Assembly: GCA_964372695.1 (NCBI GenBank)
Contig: CAYJRV010000001.1
Span: forward strand, 1 to 34,492
DNA length: 34,492 nt
From: an uncultured archaeon
GTDB lineage: Archaea > Aenigmatarchaeota > Aenigmatarchaeia > GW2011-AR5
Direction of reading: 5' to 3'
Shown piece after piece: positions 16,175 through 23,386 of the stretch. Every line of letters starts with the position of its first letter. Position 1 is the stretch's first letter. Under the pieces are notes generated by a model. That model saw only the letters and a program-made list of their open reading frames with translations, made no database searches and was not told where the DNA came from. The translations under genes were made by a program, and so were the position numbers.

Positions 16175-16322
16175 CAAGCAGATGACTATATTGTATTATC
16201 TTATATCATAAAAAGCCTAGGGAGACCCTTTCTATCGTCCTTCGTATGAGGTAACGGCATACACAAGCATTGCTTGCAAACCTGCTTCAACAAAAAGAAA
16301 AATACAAGAAAAAGACAAAAGC

Positions 16323-16559
16323 CTATTTCTTCTTGCCGCCGTGCTTGTGCGCTTCCATGCCTTTCCACATCATCATCTTGGCCGCTCCGAGGAAGAAGAA
16401 CGCAACCGCGTACTGGACGAAGAGCACGCCTATTTCACTGGTCGTTCCCCATACACCTGCCCATTTGAATTGCAGCCATAGGCCATTGAAGAAAAGCACG
16501 CCGAAGATTGCGGCGAAAATAGCTGCTATTACTCCGTGTCCGAAACAAGTTCCGCACAT
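16323..16559 (-). CDS. Small two-TM membrane protein, N-terminal MCxxC, Lys-rich tail (paralog A)
   Basis: MCGTCF..., two hydrophobic helices, and the tail KGMEAHKHGGKKK. It is a paralog of the adjacent ORF. Confidence 0.6.
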   Translation of the reverse strand: MCGTCFGHGVIAAIFAAIFGVLFFNGLWLQFKWAGVWGTTSEIGVLFVQYAVAFFFLGAAKMMMWKGMEAHKHGGKKK

Positions 16560-16591
16560 GCCTATTACTTTGTTTTTGGAGCTAATATCCT

Positions 16592-16879
16592 TTACTTTCG
16601 TTTCTTTTGCCGGGATTTGTGCAGATCGACACCTTTCTTGATTGCATGCAATGATGCGCCAAACAAGGCAAACGAAACCGCATATTTGATGACCGTCACA
16701 AAAACAAAGGACGGATCAAGGCGCCACTGCTCCGCCAGCGCCTCATATCTGAGGAAATTTCCGCCGCTGTCCCGCTCCGGTCTCCACACTTGTTGCACGG
16801 TTGTATTAACAAGCAGCGTCATGAAAACTCCTGCAAGCACGACACCAACCACGAAATAATCCAGGCAGCTGCGGCACAT
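16592..16879 (-). CDS. Small two-TM membrane protein, N-terminal MCxxC, Lys-rich tail (paralog B)
   Basis: MCRSCL..., two hydrophobic helices, YAVSFALFGA (compare YAVAFFFLGA in paralog A), and the tail KGVDLHKSRQKKRK. A TATA-like ATATTTAAG is centred ~26 nt upstream of the ATG. Confidence 0.6.
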   Translation of the reverse strand: MCRSCLDYFVVGVVLAGVFMTLLVNTTVQQVWRPERDSGGNFLRYEALAEQWRLDPSFVFVTVIKYAVSFALFGASLHAIKKGVDLHKSRQKKRK

Positions 16880-16914
16880 AAAACCAATTTATCTGGCCGA
16901 CTTAAATATGTATG

Positions 16915-16954
16915 GCGAATTGCATTTTTTCAGGTCATAAGCAACGCAATTCGC
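16915..16954. promoter_or_regulatory. Perfect 9-bp inverted repeat (terminator hairpin or operator)
   Basis: GCGAATTGC (16915-16923) pairs with GCAATTCGC (16946-16954) across a 22-nt spacer. It sits between the stop of the 16980-17399 gene and the TATA-like box of the next gene. Confidence 0.4.
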
Positions 16955-16979
16955 TATAAAAATCAGAGCGTTCGCATCC

Positions 16980-17399
16980 TTACTTCTTCACTTCATTCTT
17001 CTTAGGTTCAACTATTGGAAACGCTATCGGCGGCGGAAGCCTGAGGTCGTCCGCAATCTGCATGCCCTTCGACATGCACTTCCTGAAGATGGCATTGAGC
17101 ACTTCTACCATTATTTCATCTTCGAGCTTCTTGTTTTCCTTCCAGTATTTCATAAATTTCTTGGCATCTTCTGCCTGGAAAATTATATCCCCATTGAAAG
17201 AAATTTCCGCCACTTCGGGCTCATAGACCGTCTTGAAAGAGAATTTTATTATTATTGCCTCTTTCATGCCTGCAAACAGGAATTCCCTTCTCTCGACGTC
17301 CTCCACCTTCGGTGTGGACTTTATTTCTACATGCCCAGTGCGATTCTCGTCGTTTATTTTGGCGTAAATTTCATTTATATTCACTCCGACAATGGGCAT
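16980..17399 (-). CDS. Hypothetical protein, tentatively SecB-like chaperone fold
   Basis: AGGTGAT precedes the ATG at 17399. The N-terminus VNINEIYAKI resembles SecB FQIQRIYTKDI. The C-terminus VLNAIFRKC...DDLRLPPPIAFPIV resembles SecB NILFPYARE...FPQLNLAPVNF. The similarity was judged by eye only. Confidence 0.5.
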   Translation of the reverse strand: MPIVGVNINEIYAKINDENRTGHVEIKSTPKVEDVERREFLFAGMKEAIIIKFSFKTVYEPEVAEISFNGDIIFQAEDAKKFMKYWKENKKLEDEIMVEVLNAIFRKCMSKGMQIADDLRLPPPIAFPIVEPKKNEVKK

Positions 17400-17560
17400 C
17401 AAATCACCTTCTCTAACTTCCATCGATAAACATTTAAAATAAATTTCACATCTTCCAGATGGCATCCAATAAACATATGGTGCCTACTGAATCATAATGG
17501 ATTCAACACTACCCCCAAACTCCCGACAATTATAAAAACACCCTATTACAAAAAAGTCTT

Positions 17561-17821
17561 ATGGCAGGGTTGAGCAAACTGGAAGAAAAAATTCTGAAGA
17601 AAGTGGCGGACAGCCAGCTGATCACCAAGGCAGAACTGAAAGTATTCCTGAAGAACAACGGGTCTTCTGACAAAGATGGAAGAGACCTGACTCAGGTTGT
17701 CGACTCGGCCACGAAGGGCCTCATCGAGAAGAAGCTCCTCAACGCCATAAGCCCCGTCGGCTCGACCTGTTACATCATCACGCAGAAAGGGACTCGTCTT
17801 CTTCAGGACTTGGGAGATTAA
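17561..17821 (+). CDS. Small winged-helix protein
   Basis: 86 aa. The pattern LEEKILKKVADSQLITKAELKVFL ... GLIEKKLLNAISPVGSTCYIITQKGTRLL looks like an HTH plus wing. Confidence 0.5.
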   Translation: MAGLSKLEEKILKKVADSQLITKAELKVFLKNNGSSDKDGRDLTQVVDSATKGLIEKKLLNAISPVGSTCYIITQKGTRLLQDLGD

Positions 17822-18141
17822 GCTTCTGCATTCCATAACAAAACTGTTCTATACTGAAGGACATAAGTTTTCAGGCATATTATAATGTCCTTCAGATATA
17901 CCAAAGACATTAATTGTACGAATATTAATGTCTTTGAGTATAGCACCTTTTCATGTTCAGGCTGTAAGCCAGGCTTACCGCCATGATGCACAATATCAAT
18001 GTTTCCTTCTTCTGGCGAGAGAGGATAAGCTGAATATCCATTGTTGTGAAGAAAAGAAATAACACCAAGAACGTCATCGACAGTTATGCCACTTCTTCCC
18101 GAGGAGAACAGCTTGTATTGAACATGATGGTTTTCTTCCAT
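17818..18141 (-). CDS. Doubtful hypothetical ORF
   Basis: The ORF has no motif. Its last ~39 codons run through the two perfect palindromes, which argues against coding there. Confidence 0.25.
   Translation of the reverse strand: MEENHHVQYKLFSSGRSGITVDDVLGVISFLHNNGYSAYPLSPEEGNIDIVHHGGKPGLQPEHEKVLYSKTLIFVQLMSLVYLKDIIICLKTYVLQYRTVLLWNAEA
17854..17936. repeat. Two tandem perfect inverted repeats with related arms
   Basis: CTGAAGGACAT (17854-17864) pairs with ATGTCCTTCAG (17885-17895). CAAAGACATTAAT (17902-17914) pairs with ATTAATGTCTTTG (17924-17936). All arms share the core AAG(G)ACAT. Confidence 0.85.
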
Positions 18142-18199
18142 GGATATTATCAAACAGTTTAAGGTTATAAAACCATTTGCATTTAATTCTAGCTATTAC

Positions 18200-18286
18200 A
18201 GCCCCGTAGTCTAGAGTTAAACGGAGTATGGTCAAGGATAGCTGCCTCTGGAGCAGCGGACCCAGGTTCGAATCCTGGCGGGGCTA
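18200..18286 (+). tRNA. tRNA-Gln (anticodon CUG) with a 12-14 nt insertion in the D-loop
   Basis: Acceptor AGCCCCG/CGGGGCT with discriminator A, then U8 A9. D stem GTCT/GGAT. Anticodon arm GCTGC-CTCTGGA-GCAGC. T arm CCAGG-TTCGAAT-CCTGG. The D-loop is 23 nt where 7-11 is expected. A TATA-like GGTTATAAAACC lies ~30 nt upstream. No CCA is encoded. Confidence 0.8.
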
Positions 18287-18316
18287 TTGAATAATAATAA
18301 TAAAGAAGCCGGTGCT

Positions 18317-18967
18317 ATGAAACTTCTCCTCACTTCTGCAGGCATAATTAACGCGTCTCTTGATAGGGCGCTGAAGAAGCTGGTGAAAGGAAATGTAAAA
18401 ATTGCCTTCATCCCAACTACTGCAAATGTTGAAGACGGGGAAAAAGACTGGCTGATTAAAGACCTTAATGACTGTAAAAGACTGGGTTCGGTGGATATCG
18501 TCGACATTTCTGCTGTTCCAAAAAGTATTTGGCTGCCGCGCTTGAAGAGATCGAACGTCATAGTTGTTGGTGGTGGAAATACTGCTTACTTGATGAATTG
18601 TATTATTTCTTCAGGGCTGAAAGATGAAATACAAGGGCTGCTAAGAAGCAGGGTGTATGTCGGCATCAGCGCCGGAAGCATTGTCATGAGCAAAACAATT
18701 CAGGCATCTTCCGAGTTTCTTTATGGAGACGAGGTAAGGCAAGCTCCAAAAGGACTTGGAATCATAGATTTTAACATCCGTCCGCATTTATATTCCCGGC
18801 ATTTTCCGAAGGTTAATGACAAGAATTTGAAGAAAGTGATGGGAAAAGTTGAAGGGGACATTTACGCCATTGATGACGATTCTGGCGTACTGGTCGTTGG
18901 TAATAAAATCAAAATCGTGTCGGAAGGAAAATGGAAGATATATAGGAAAAATGACAGGACAGAGTAG
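18317..18967 (+). CDS. Peptidase S51 family protein (dipeptidase E-like)
   Basis: MKLLLTSAG..., IAFIPTA-like, VVGGGNT, and the catalytic-serine context GISAGSIVM. ATG at 18317 is preferred over the track TTG at 18287, which abuts the tRNA. Confidence 0.8.
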   Translation: MKLLLTSAGIINASLDRALKKLVKGNVKIAFIPTTANVEDGEKDWLIKDLNDCKRLGSVDIVDISAVPKSIWLPRLKRSNVIVVGGGNTAYLMNCIISSGLKDEIQGLLRSRVYVGISAGSIVMSKTIQASSEFLYGDEVRQAPKGLGIIDFNIRPHLYSRHFPKVNDKNLKKVMGKVEGDIYAIDDDSGVLVVGNKIKIVSEGKWKIYRKNDRTE

Positions 18968-18976
18968 GCGTATCTT

Positions 18977-19414
18977 GTGGCAGAAATCATCATGGTGGCA
19001 AGCGCATTGATCGAAAGGGACGGAAGGTTCCTGCTTGTGAACGCAAAGGTAGGCATGCCTAAAGGCCTCTGGAATCTTCCTGGAGGCCATCTGGACGATG
19101 GCGAAACGTTTTCCAAGGCCGTTCTGAGAGAAGCAAAGGAGGAGACAGGACTGGATATCGAGATTCTGCATCCGCTCTGCATAGTTCACCAGAATTTTCA
19201 GGGGAGAAATACGCTGATCGTATCGTTCAGCTCAAGGATAATTGGCGGCTCTGTCAGTCCGCCTGCCGAGGAGATAGAGGAAGCCAGGTGGTTTTCATTC
19301 GAAGAAGTTGAGGCCTTGGGCAAAAGCAAAATAACAGGAAGCGCGTATAACTCCATTCTTGCTTTTAAAAAGAATAAGCAAATGAATTATTCTACCGACA
19401 GGATTACTGCGTGA
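18977..19414 (+). CDS. NUDIX hydrolase
   Basis: Nudix box GGHLDDGETFSKAVLREAKEETGLD. GTG start at 18977, with an alternative ATG at 18992. Confidence 0.85.
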   Translation: MAEIIMVASALIERDGRFLLVNAKVGMPKGLWNLPGGHLDDGETFSKAVLREAKEETGLDIEILHPLCIVHQNFQGRNTLIVSFSSRIIGGSVSPPAEEIEEARWFSFEEVEALGKSKITGSAYNSILAFKKNKQMNYSTDRITA

Positions 19415-19419
19415 TTCAC

Positions 19420-19890
19420 ATGAAAAAATCAACTAAAAAGACGCTAATGGCTCTTGCAATAATACTTATATTCGGCATATCTACGATAGCCTTCGTCGCC
19501 ACTGGAATTTTCAACGGTGCCGGCAACCAGCAGAGTCAAATCACGCCGCTTGAAGGCTACGTGATAGACGGGACCATAAATCCCAACACAGAACAGGCTT
19601 ACATACAGGGCCAGTTCACTTTTTTGAGGTTCTACTACAAGGAAAAGGACGCCCTTTATGATTATGTATCACAGCTGCCTGACATAACTGCGCTGCCAAA
19701 CGGCCAGCCTCAGCTGATGGTAAACCGGCTTGAGACAAATGAGACGCGGGCAGAAATAATAAATCTGAACGGCAATGTGGAGATAGAGAATTTGACGGAC
19801 TCGGGACTTTTCTCAGCTCTCTGCCAGAACCTTTTGTTCACGCCCACAGACTGCCTGCTGGCCGGAGCTGGCGTAAATAAGTCATCCTAG
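19420..19890 (+). CDS. Membrane-anchored hypothetical protein
   Basis: N-terminal basic segment plus TM (KKTLMALAIILIFGISTIAFVATGIF), followed by a ~120-aa extracytoplasmic domain with two Cys. No motif recognised. Confidence 0.55.
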   Translation: MKKSTKKTLMALAIILIFGISTIAFVATGIFNGAGNQQSQITPLEGYVIDGTINPNTEQAYIQGQFTFLRFYYKEKDALYDYVSQLPDITALPNGQPQLMVNRLETNETRAEIINLNGNVEIENLTDSGLFSALCQNLLFTPTDCLLAGAGVNKSS

Positions 19891-20004
19891 CTGTTCTTTC
19901 ATGTCTTCCAGTTCTTTCTTGAGCCTGTTTAGAGTTTTCGGCACGTCCTCGCGGCTCACGCTTAGCATCCTGCTGATCTCCCTGAGTATTTTGTCCTCTC
20001 TCAT
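19882..20004 (-). CDS. Possible 40-aa ORF translationally coupled to alaS
   Basis: The ATG overlaps the alaS TGA (ATGA). The peptide is MREDKILREISRMLSVSREDVPKTLNRLKKELEDMKEQLG. It is below the length cutoff of the ORF track. Confidence 0.3.
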   Translation of the reverse strand: MREDKILREISRMLSVSREDVPKTLNRLKKELEDMKEQLG

Positions 20005-22688
20005 TCGAGTTCCTCCAATATTTTTCTTACGCGGTCCACATCAGGGTCCTTTTTGTAGACACCCTGGGCAAAAGTCGCTGAGCCGCCTCCATTGCCGTCT
20101 AGATCGCGGGCGATATTTTTCACGGCAGTTCCGATGTTTATCTTTCCATTGCCTGCCGCAACAATAGATCTGTCGCTCCTGCCGAAAAGCACTATGGCCT
20201 CTTTCCTGAAGCCTTTCGTGATATTTTTCAATTCGGCAGCCGTTGAGGGTAGTATTTTTACAATAACGTTTTGGTCCAGGTCTATTTTTTCCATCATCTC
20301 GACGGATTTCTTCTCGGCTTCCTTGTAGACCTTCTTTCTCAGCTTTTTCCATTTGTCAAAAAGAGCCCTTGCGGATTTTATTGTTCCCACGCCTTTGGCT
20401 CCAAGTATTTTCTCGACGCTTTTCATAAGATCTTTTTGCCTTTTCATATACCCGTCCGCTGCGGGGCCCGCAACGAATGTAATCCGTGAGATGTTGTCCT
20501 GTATGTGCTCCGATGATATTATGATTATTTTCCCTGCTTCTGCCGTTGAGTCCAGGTGAGTGCCTCCGCATGCTTCCACATCCGTTCCAAGTATGTTGAC
20601 TATTCTCACCTCTCTGCCGGGGGCCACGCCACCCTGGTAAATTCCCACCCCATACTTCTTTTCAGCCTCACCCTTTTTCATGAAGCACTTTTTTATTCTC
20701 ACAGATTTTTTTACAATGTCATTTGCTATCTTTTCTATTTTGTCCAGTTCATGGTCGCTAACAGCAGCATAGTGAGTTATGTCTATATGCGCCTTGTCCA
20801 CATCCTTGAATGCGCTTGCCTGGTTCACGTGATTTCCCAGTACACGCCTTGCAGCCTCGTTTATGATGTGAGTTGCTGTGTGGTGCTTTGTGAGTTGCAG
20901 CCTTCTCTTGATGTCTATCTGCACTTTTACGTTGTCGCCTGCCTTGAATTTCGGCTTCTCCTTCATCTGATGGACTATAAGTGAACCGTGCTTGAATACG
21001 TCTACAAATTCTTCGCCGTTTATAGTCCCGACATCGTGAAGCTGCCCGCCCGATGTCGGGTATGCAACGGTTTCGTCAAGGACTACACATTTGTCAGTTG
21101 TGCTGAGGACTTTTGCAGTGTTCTCACCCCTTTTATAGTCAGCGAAATACAGAGCCTTCGTCGCAGGCAATTCGCCGAAATCTATGTCTGTTTTCTTTTT
21201 AGTGGCGTGCTTCTGTTCCTGCTTTCCGTGAAGCTCTGATACCATGGAGTAGAAATTTTCAGGAACTTTGACGTTTTTGCCTAGATTTCTGGCTTCTTCC
21301 GCTATCAGTTCCGGCTGTATCCCTTGGGAATCATAAAGCCTCACAAGGTCGTCTACCATGATCTCTTTCCCGAGTATTCTGGAAACAATTTGCCTGGATT
21401 TTTCCTTCGTCTTTTCATATTTCTCTTTTTCTACATCGAATATCTTTTTCACGTTATCGAGATTCTGTGAAAGCTCCGGATACTGCGGCTTCAGGTATTT
21501 TGCATGCAGTTCGAACAGCTTGTGTACGTCTATGTCCCAGCCGTATTTGTCGGCGAAACTTAGCATGCGCCTGAGTATTATGCGCAGGTTATAGGAGTCG
21601 CCTACGTTTGAAGGAAGCCCGCCGTCATTGAAGACGGTGAGAAGCGCTCTGCTGTGCTCTGCAATGGAATATATTCCTGCAAGAGGAAGTATGTTGCTCT
21701 TGAGCGTCTCAACATCGCTTCCAACTTTCTTCGCAACTGTCTGCCACGCTTTGTCTATGTTATCGACTTCATCAAGATTCAGCAGACCAGAATACGGAAC
21801 ATATTTGCCGATAATTTTTGTGTCGAATTTTAGTCCTGTTTTTTTCAAAAGATAGTCTACTACACTTGGAAATGCGGCATCGTACTGTGTATTCACGCCC
21901 TGAGAGAACCATGCATTGCGCTCCTGTCCCATTCCCATGTCCAGCACTTTCAGGTCAAGGCCTTTTATTTCATTCCCTGCCTGCTCATACATCATGTAAA
22001 CCTGGTTACCAAGTTCGTTTCCTCTGGAAAAAAATTCCATGCACGGCCCTAGATTGCCGCCGCCTGCCCAGGCGTCTTCGTGGAATGTTATTTCTTCATT
22101 TGGCAAACCAAGCCCTTTCTTCAGCCATGTGTGTATGTGTTCGAATGCAAGATTCTGGTCCCACTCCTTTGGCCGCACAAACATGTGCTGGCCGATCATG
22201 CAGAACACAGTGTTGTGCGATCCTGTTATGCCGACGTTGTCTATGTCCACGGTTCGGAAGCACAGCTGTGGTATCACCAGCTTCTTTGCGGGCGGCTCTG
22301 CTTCGCCTGAAATGACGTATGGCTGGAATGCTGCGATAGACGCGTTAGTGTACTCCATCGTTGGGTTCCATCTCGCTACTATCGGGTATCTCTTGGTCGG
22401 CGTGTAGCCGAACTTATTGAACATCTTGCTGAATTTCGACCAGACTTCTATGTAGTCCATCGGCCTCTTTGCAGGCGTGCTGCCTATGAAGTTGAACGGA
22501 ATTTCGCCGCATGCGGGGTCGCCGCAGACTTTTCTTTCAGTGTCTACGTTCCAGAAAGGCTTGCCGCAGCTGCCGCATATGTTCCTCGAGAACCCCTCTT
22601 TTTTCAGCACTTCTGTCGCATAGTATTTGTCTGGCTGCTTGTAGAATTCATCGCGGTATTTATTCTTCGCCTCTTTGTCTGTGAGCAT
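20001..22688 (-). CDS. alaS: Alanine--tRNA ligase (archaeal type)
   Basis: 895 aa. The N-terminal class II catalytic core has the archaeal-specific zinc-like CGSCGKPFW..CGDPAC segment. The editing domain carries HHTATH and CGGTH motifs. A DHHA1-like region forms the C-terminus. Confidence 0.95.
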   Translation of the reverse strand: MLTDKEAKNKYRDEFYKQPDKYYATEVLKKEGFSRNICGSCGKPFWNVDTERKVCGDPACGEIPFNFIGSTPAKRPMDYIEVWSKFSKMFNKFGYTPTKRYPIVARWNPTMEYTNASIAAFQPYVISGEAEPPAKKLVIPQLCFRTVDIDNVGITGSHNTVFCMIGQHMFVRPKEWDQNLAFEHIHTWLKKGLGLPNEEITFHEDAWAGGGNLGPCMEFFSRGNELGNQVYMMYEQAGNEIKGLDLKVLDMGMGQERNAWFSQGVNTQYDAAFPSVVDYLLKKTGLKFDTKIIGKYVPYSGLLNLDEVDNIDKAWQTVAKKVGSDVETLKSNILPLAGIYSIAEHSRALLTVFNDGGLPSNVGDSYNLRIILRRMLSFADKYGWDIDVHKLFELHAKYLKPQYPELSQNLDNVKKIFDVEKEKYEKTKEKSRQIVSRILGKEIMVDDLVRLYDSQGIQPELIAEEARNLGKNVKVPENFYSMVSELHGKQEQKHATKKKTDIDFGELPATKALYFADYKRGENTAKVLSTTDKCVVLDETVAYPTSGGQLHDVGTINGEEFVDVFKHGSLIVHQMKEKPKFKAGDNVKVQIDIKRRLQLTKHHTATHIINEAARRVLGNHVNQASAFKDVDKAHIDITHYAAVSDHELDKIEKIANDIVKKSVRIKKCFMKKGEAEKKYGVGIYQGGVAPGREVRIVNILGTDVEACGGTHLDSTAEAGKIIIISSEHIQDNISRITFVAGPAADGYMKRQKDLMKSVEKILGAKGVGTIKSARALFDKWKKLRKKVYKEAEKKSVEMMEKIDLDQNVIVKILPSTAAELKNITKGFRKEAIVLFGRSDRSIVAAGNGKINIGTAVKNIARDLDGNGGGSATFAQGVYKKDPDVDRVRKILEELE

Positions 22689-22689
22689 A

Positions 22690-23382
22690 TCACCACTCTA
22701 TCTCAGTAGTATTTTTGTCAAGTATAAATGTCTTGATTTCTCCACCACAGAATTGTTCTATCAGTGCAGCAAGCTCCTTCACAGCTTTTCCTACATCTTC
22801 GTCGAACCCTTCCAGTACAATTACCGCATTTTTTGTTTTCTCGGTAAGTTTAGTCTTGTCAGACTCCCTCCAGTTCCATCTCCTACAGAGAACGTTTTCA
22901 GAATCATCGCAATAGATTATTTCACCCCTGTAGGGCTTTTCCTCGTCAGAGGTATTGAGCTGGACAAAGCTTTCCGTACCACCTGCAGCTTTCAGTCTTA
23001 TACTACCCTCCACTTTGTCCAGGTCTTCGCCGCCTGCAGGGATCACATACTTTAGCGAAATAAAACTGTAGAGGTTGACAAGCTTGTTTATGCTGGCGAT
23101 TGTTCTGCCTTTTAGCACGCTCCTGATAAGCGCTTCTGCGGAACAGTTGTAGTCGCTCGGCTTTGAGCCGAAGCGCGAATAAATCTGCCTCCATCTGGCT
23201 ATCGTCGGGTGCCCTTTTATCGATTCAGCAGAGAACCCGTCCTTTATGCGTTCCTGTATATCGAAAAGGATGGAGTCTATTTCACCGCTTTTCCCGGTGT
23301 TGTCGATATCACTGGCCACTATTACACCTATTTTTATGTCTGTAAAGTCCTTGGCAACATGCTCGTCTATTGATAGTTTCAT
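22690..23382 (-). CDS. Free-standing B3/B4 domain protein (homolog of the PheRS beta-subunit tRNA-binding/editing domain, COG3382-like)
   Basis: HPTIARWRQIYSRFGSKPSDYNCSAEALIRSVLKG...INKLVNLYSFISLKYVIPAGGEDLDKV...GEIIYCDD..VLCRRWNWRESDKT matches the B3_4 pattern as I remember it. The stop lies 1 nt before the alaS ATG. Confidence 0.75.
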   Translation of the reverse strand: MKLSIDEHVAKDFTDIKIGVIVASDIDNTGKSGEIDSILFDIQERIKDGFSAESIKGHPTIARWRQIYSRFGSKPSDYNCSAEALIRSVLKGRTIASINKLVNLYSFISLKYVIPAGGEDLDKVEGSIRLKAAGGTESFVQLNTSDEEKPYRGEIIYCDDSENVLCRRWNWRESDKTKLTEKTKNAVIVLEGFDEDVGKAVKELAALIEQFCGGEIKTFILDKNTTEIEW

Positions 23383-23386
23383 CCCA

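Noticed and set aside
18204-18226. Alternative BHB for the tRNA-Gln insertion using the perfect helix CCGU (18204-18207) with ACGG (18221-18224)
   Set aside because: The implied splice sites would remove 18210-18226. That leaves a D arm (GUAU/GGAU with an A:G mismatch and a 6-nt loop) worse than the unspliced alternative, so it is probably a fortuitous pairing.
18232-18561. 109-aa minus-strand ORF overlapping tRNA-Gln and the S51 peptidase gene; likewise 33669-33899 overlapping tRNA-Arg
   Set aside because: These ORFs overlap well-supported tRNA genes and better-supported coding sequence on the other strand, and they carry no motifs.
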